Assembly (NCBI RefSeq): GCF_001194135.2
Contig: NC_068996.1
Coordinates: 39,626,775 to 39,659,524, forward strand
Origin: Octopus bimaculoides
Taxonomy: Eukaryota
Length of the DNA stretch: 32,750 nt
Direction: 5' to 3'
Shown here: positions 32,456 to 32,750 of the stretch, in pieces
Layout: each line of letters starts with the position of its first letter
Position numbering within the stretch: the first letter of the stretch is position 1
Made by a program: the position numbers and the translations under genes
The notes under the pieces: model-generated
Databases searched by the model: none
What the model was told of the DNA's origin: nothing
The model's input: only the letters and a program-made list of their open reading frames with translations

Positions 32456-32750
32456 TTGGCACTCCGTCGCTTACGACGTCGAGGGTTCCAGTTGATCCGA
32501 TCAACGGAACAGCCTGCTCGTGAAATTAATGTGCAAGTGGCTGAGCACTCCACAGACACGTGTACCCTTAACGTAGTTTTCGGGGATATTCAGCGTGACA
32601 CAGTGTGACAAGGCTGACCTTTTGAATTACAGGCACAACAGAAACAGGAAGTAAGAGTGAGAGAAAGTTGTGGTGAAAGAGTACAGCAGGGTTCACCATC
32701 ACCCCTGCCGGAGCCTCATGGAGCTTTTAGGTGTTTTCGCTCAATAAACA
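32456..32750 (-). mobile_element. SINE family E, 3' part (head beyond the window edge)
   Basis: Near-identical to 30180-30480; (CAA)n tail at 32446-32457. Confidence 0.9.

Overview
A eukaryotic, AT-rich, microsatellite-dense window with six N-gaps (15432-16005, 18987-19199, 20151-20840, 24458-24867, 27368-27662, 29037-29476). The SINE families and repeat density suggest a coleoid cephalopod such as Octopus (inference). Nearly all ORFs in the supplied track are translations of microsatellites or gaps. The recognisable content is a layered set of transposon remnants: a Tx1/L1-type LINE 5' end with a zinc-knuckle ORF1 (absent from the track because of two frameshifts and the window edge) next to a (GATA)n tract; a Tx1-type RT fragment; an RTE 3' end; two R4/Dong pieces; a Helitron helicase remnant with an intact hairpin/CTAG end; a Helentron-type non-autonomous element; a hAT deletion derivative with an 8-bp TSD; a mariner remnant; two TTAA piggyBac-type MITEs; two fold-back MITEs; and about 25 tRNA-type SINE copies built from swappable modules. 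The best host-gene candidate is an unidentified 97-codon terminal exon on the minus strand (6719-6425), with weaker exon candidates elsewhere. I found no rRNA, bona fide tRNA, CRISPR array or complete gene, and no clearly new multi-gene system. The most interesting signals are microsatellite-associated retroelement insertions, an internal R4 fragment bracketed by ~70-bp direct repeats, and minisatellites arising inside SINEs.
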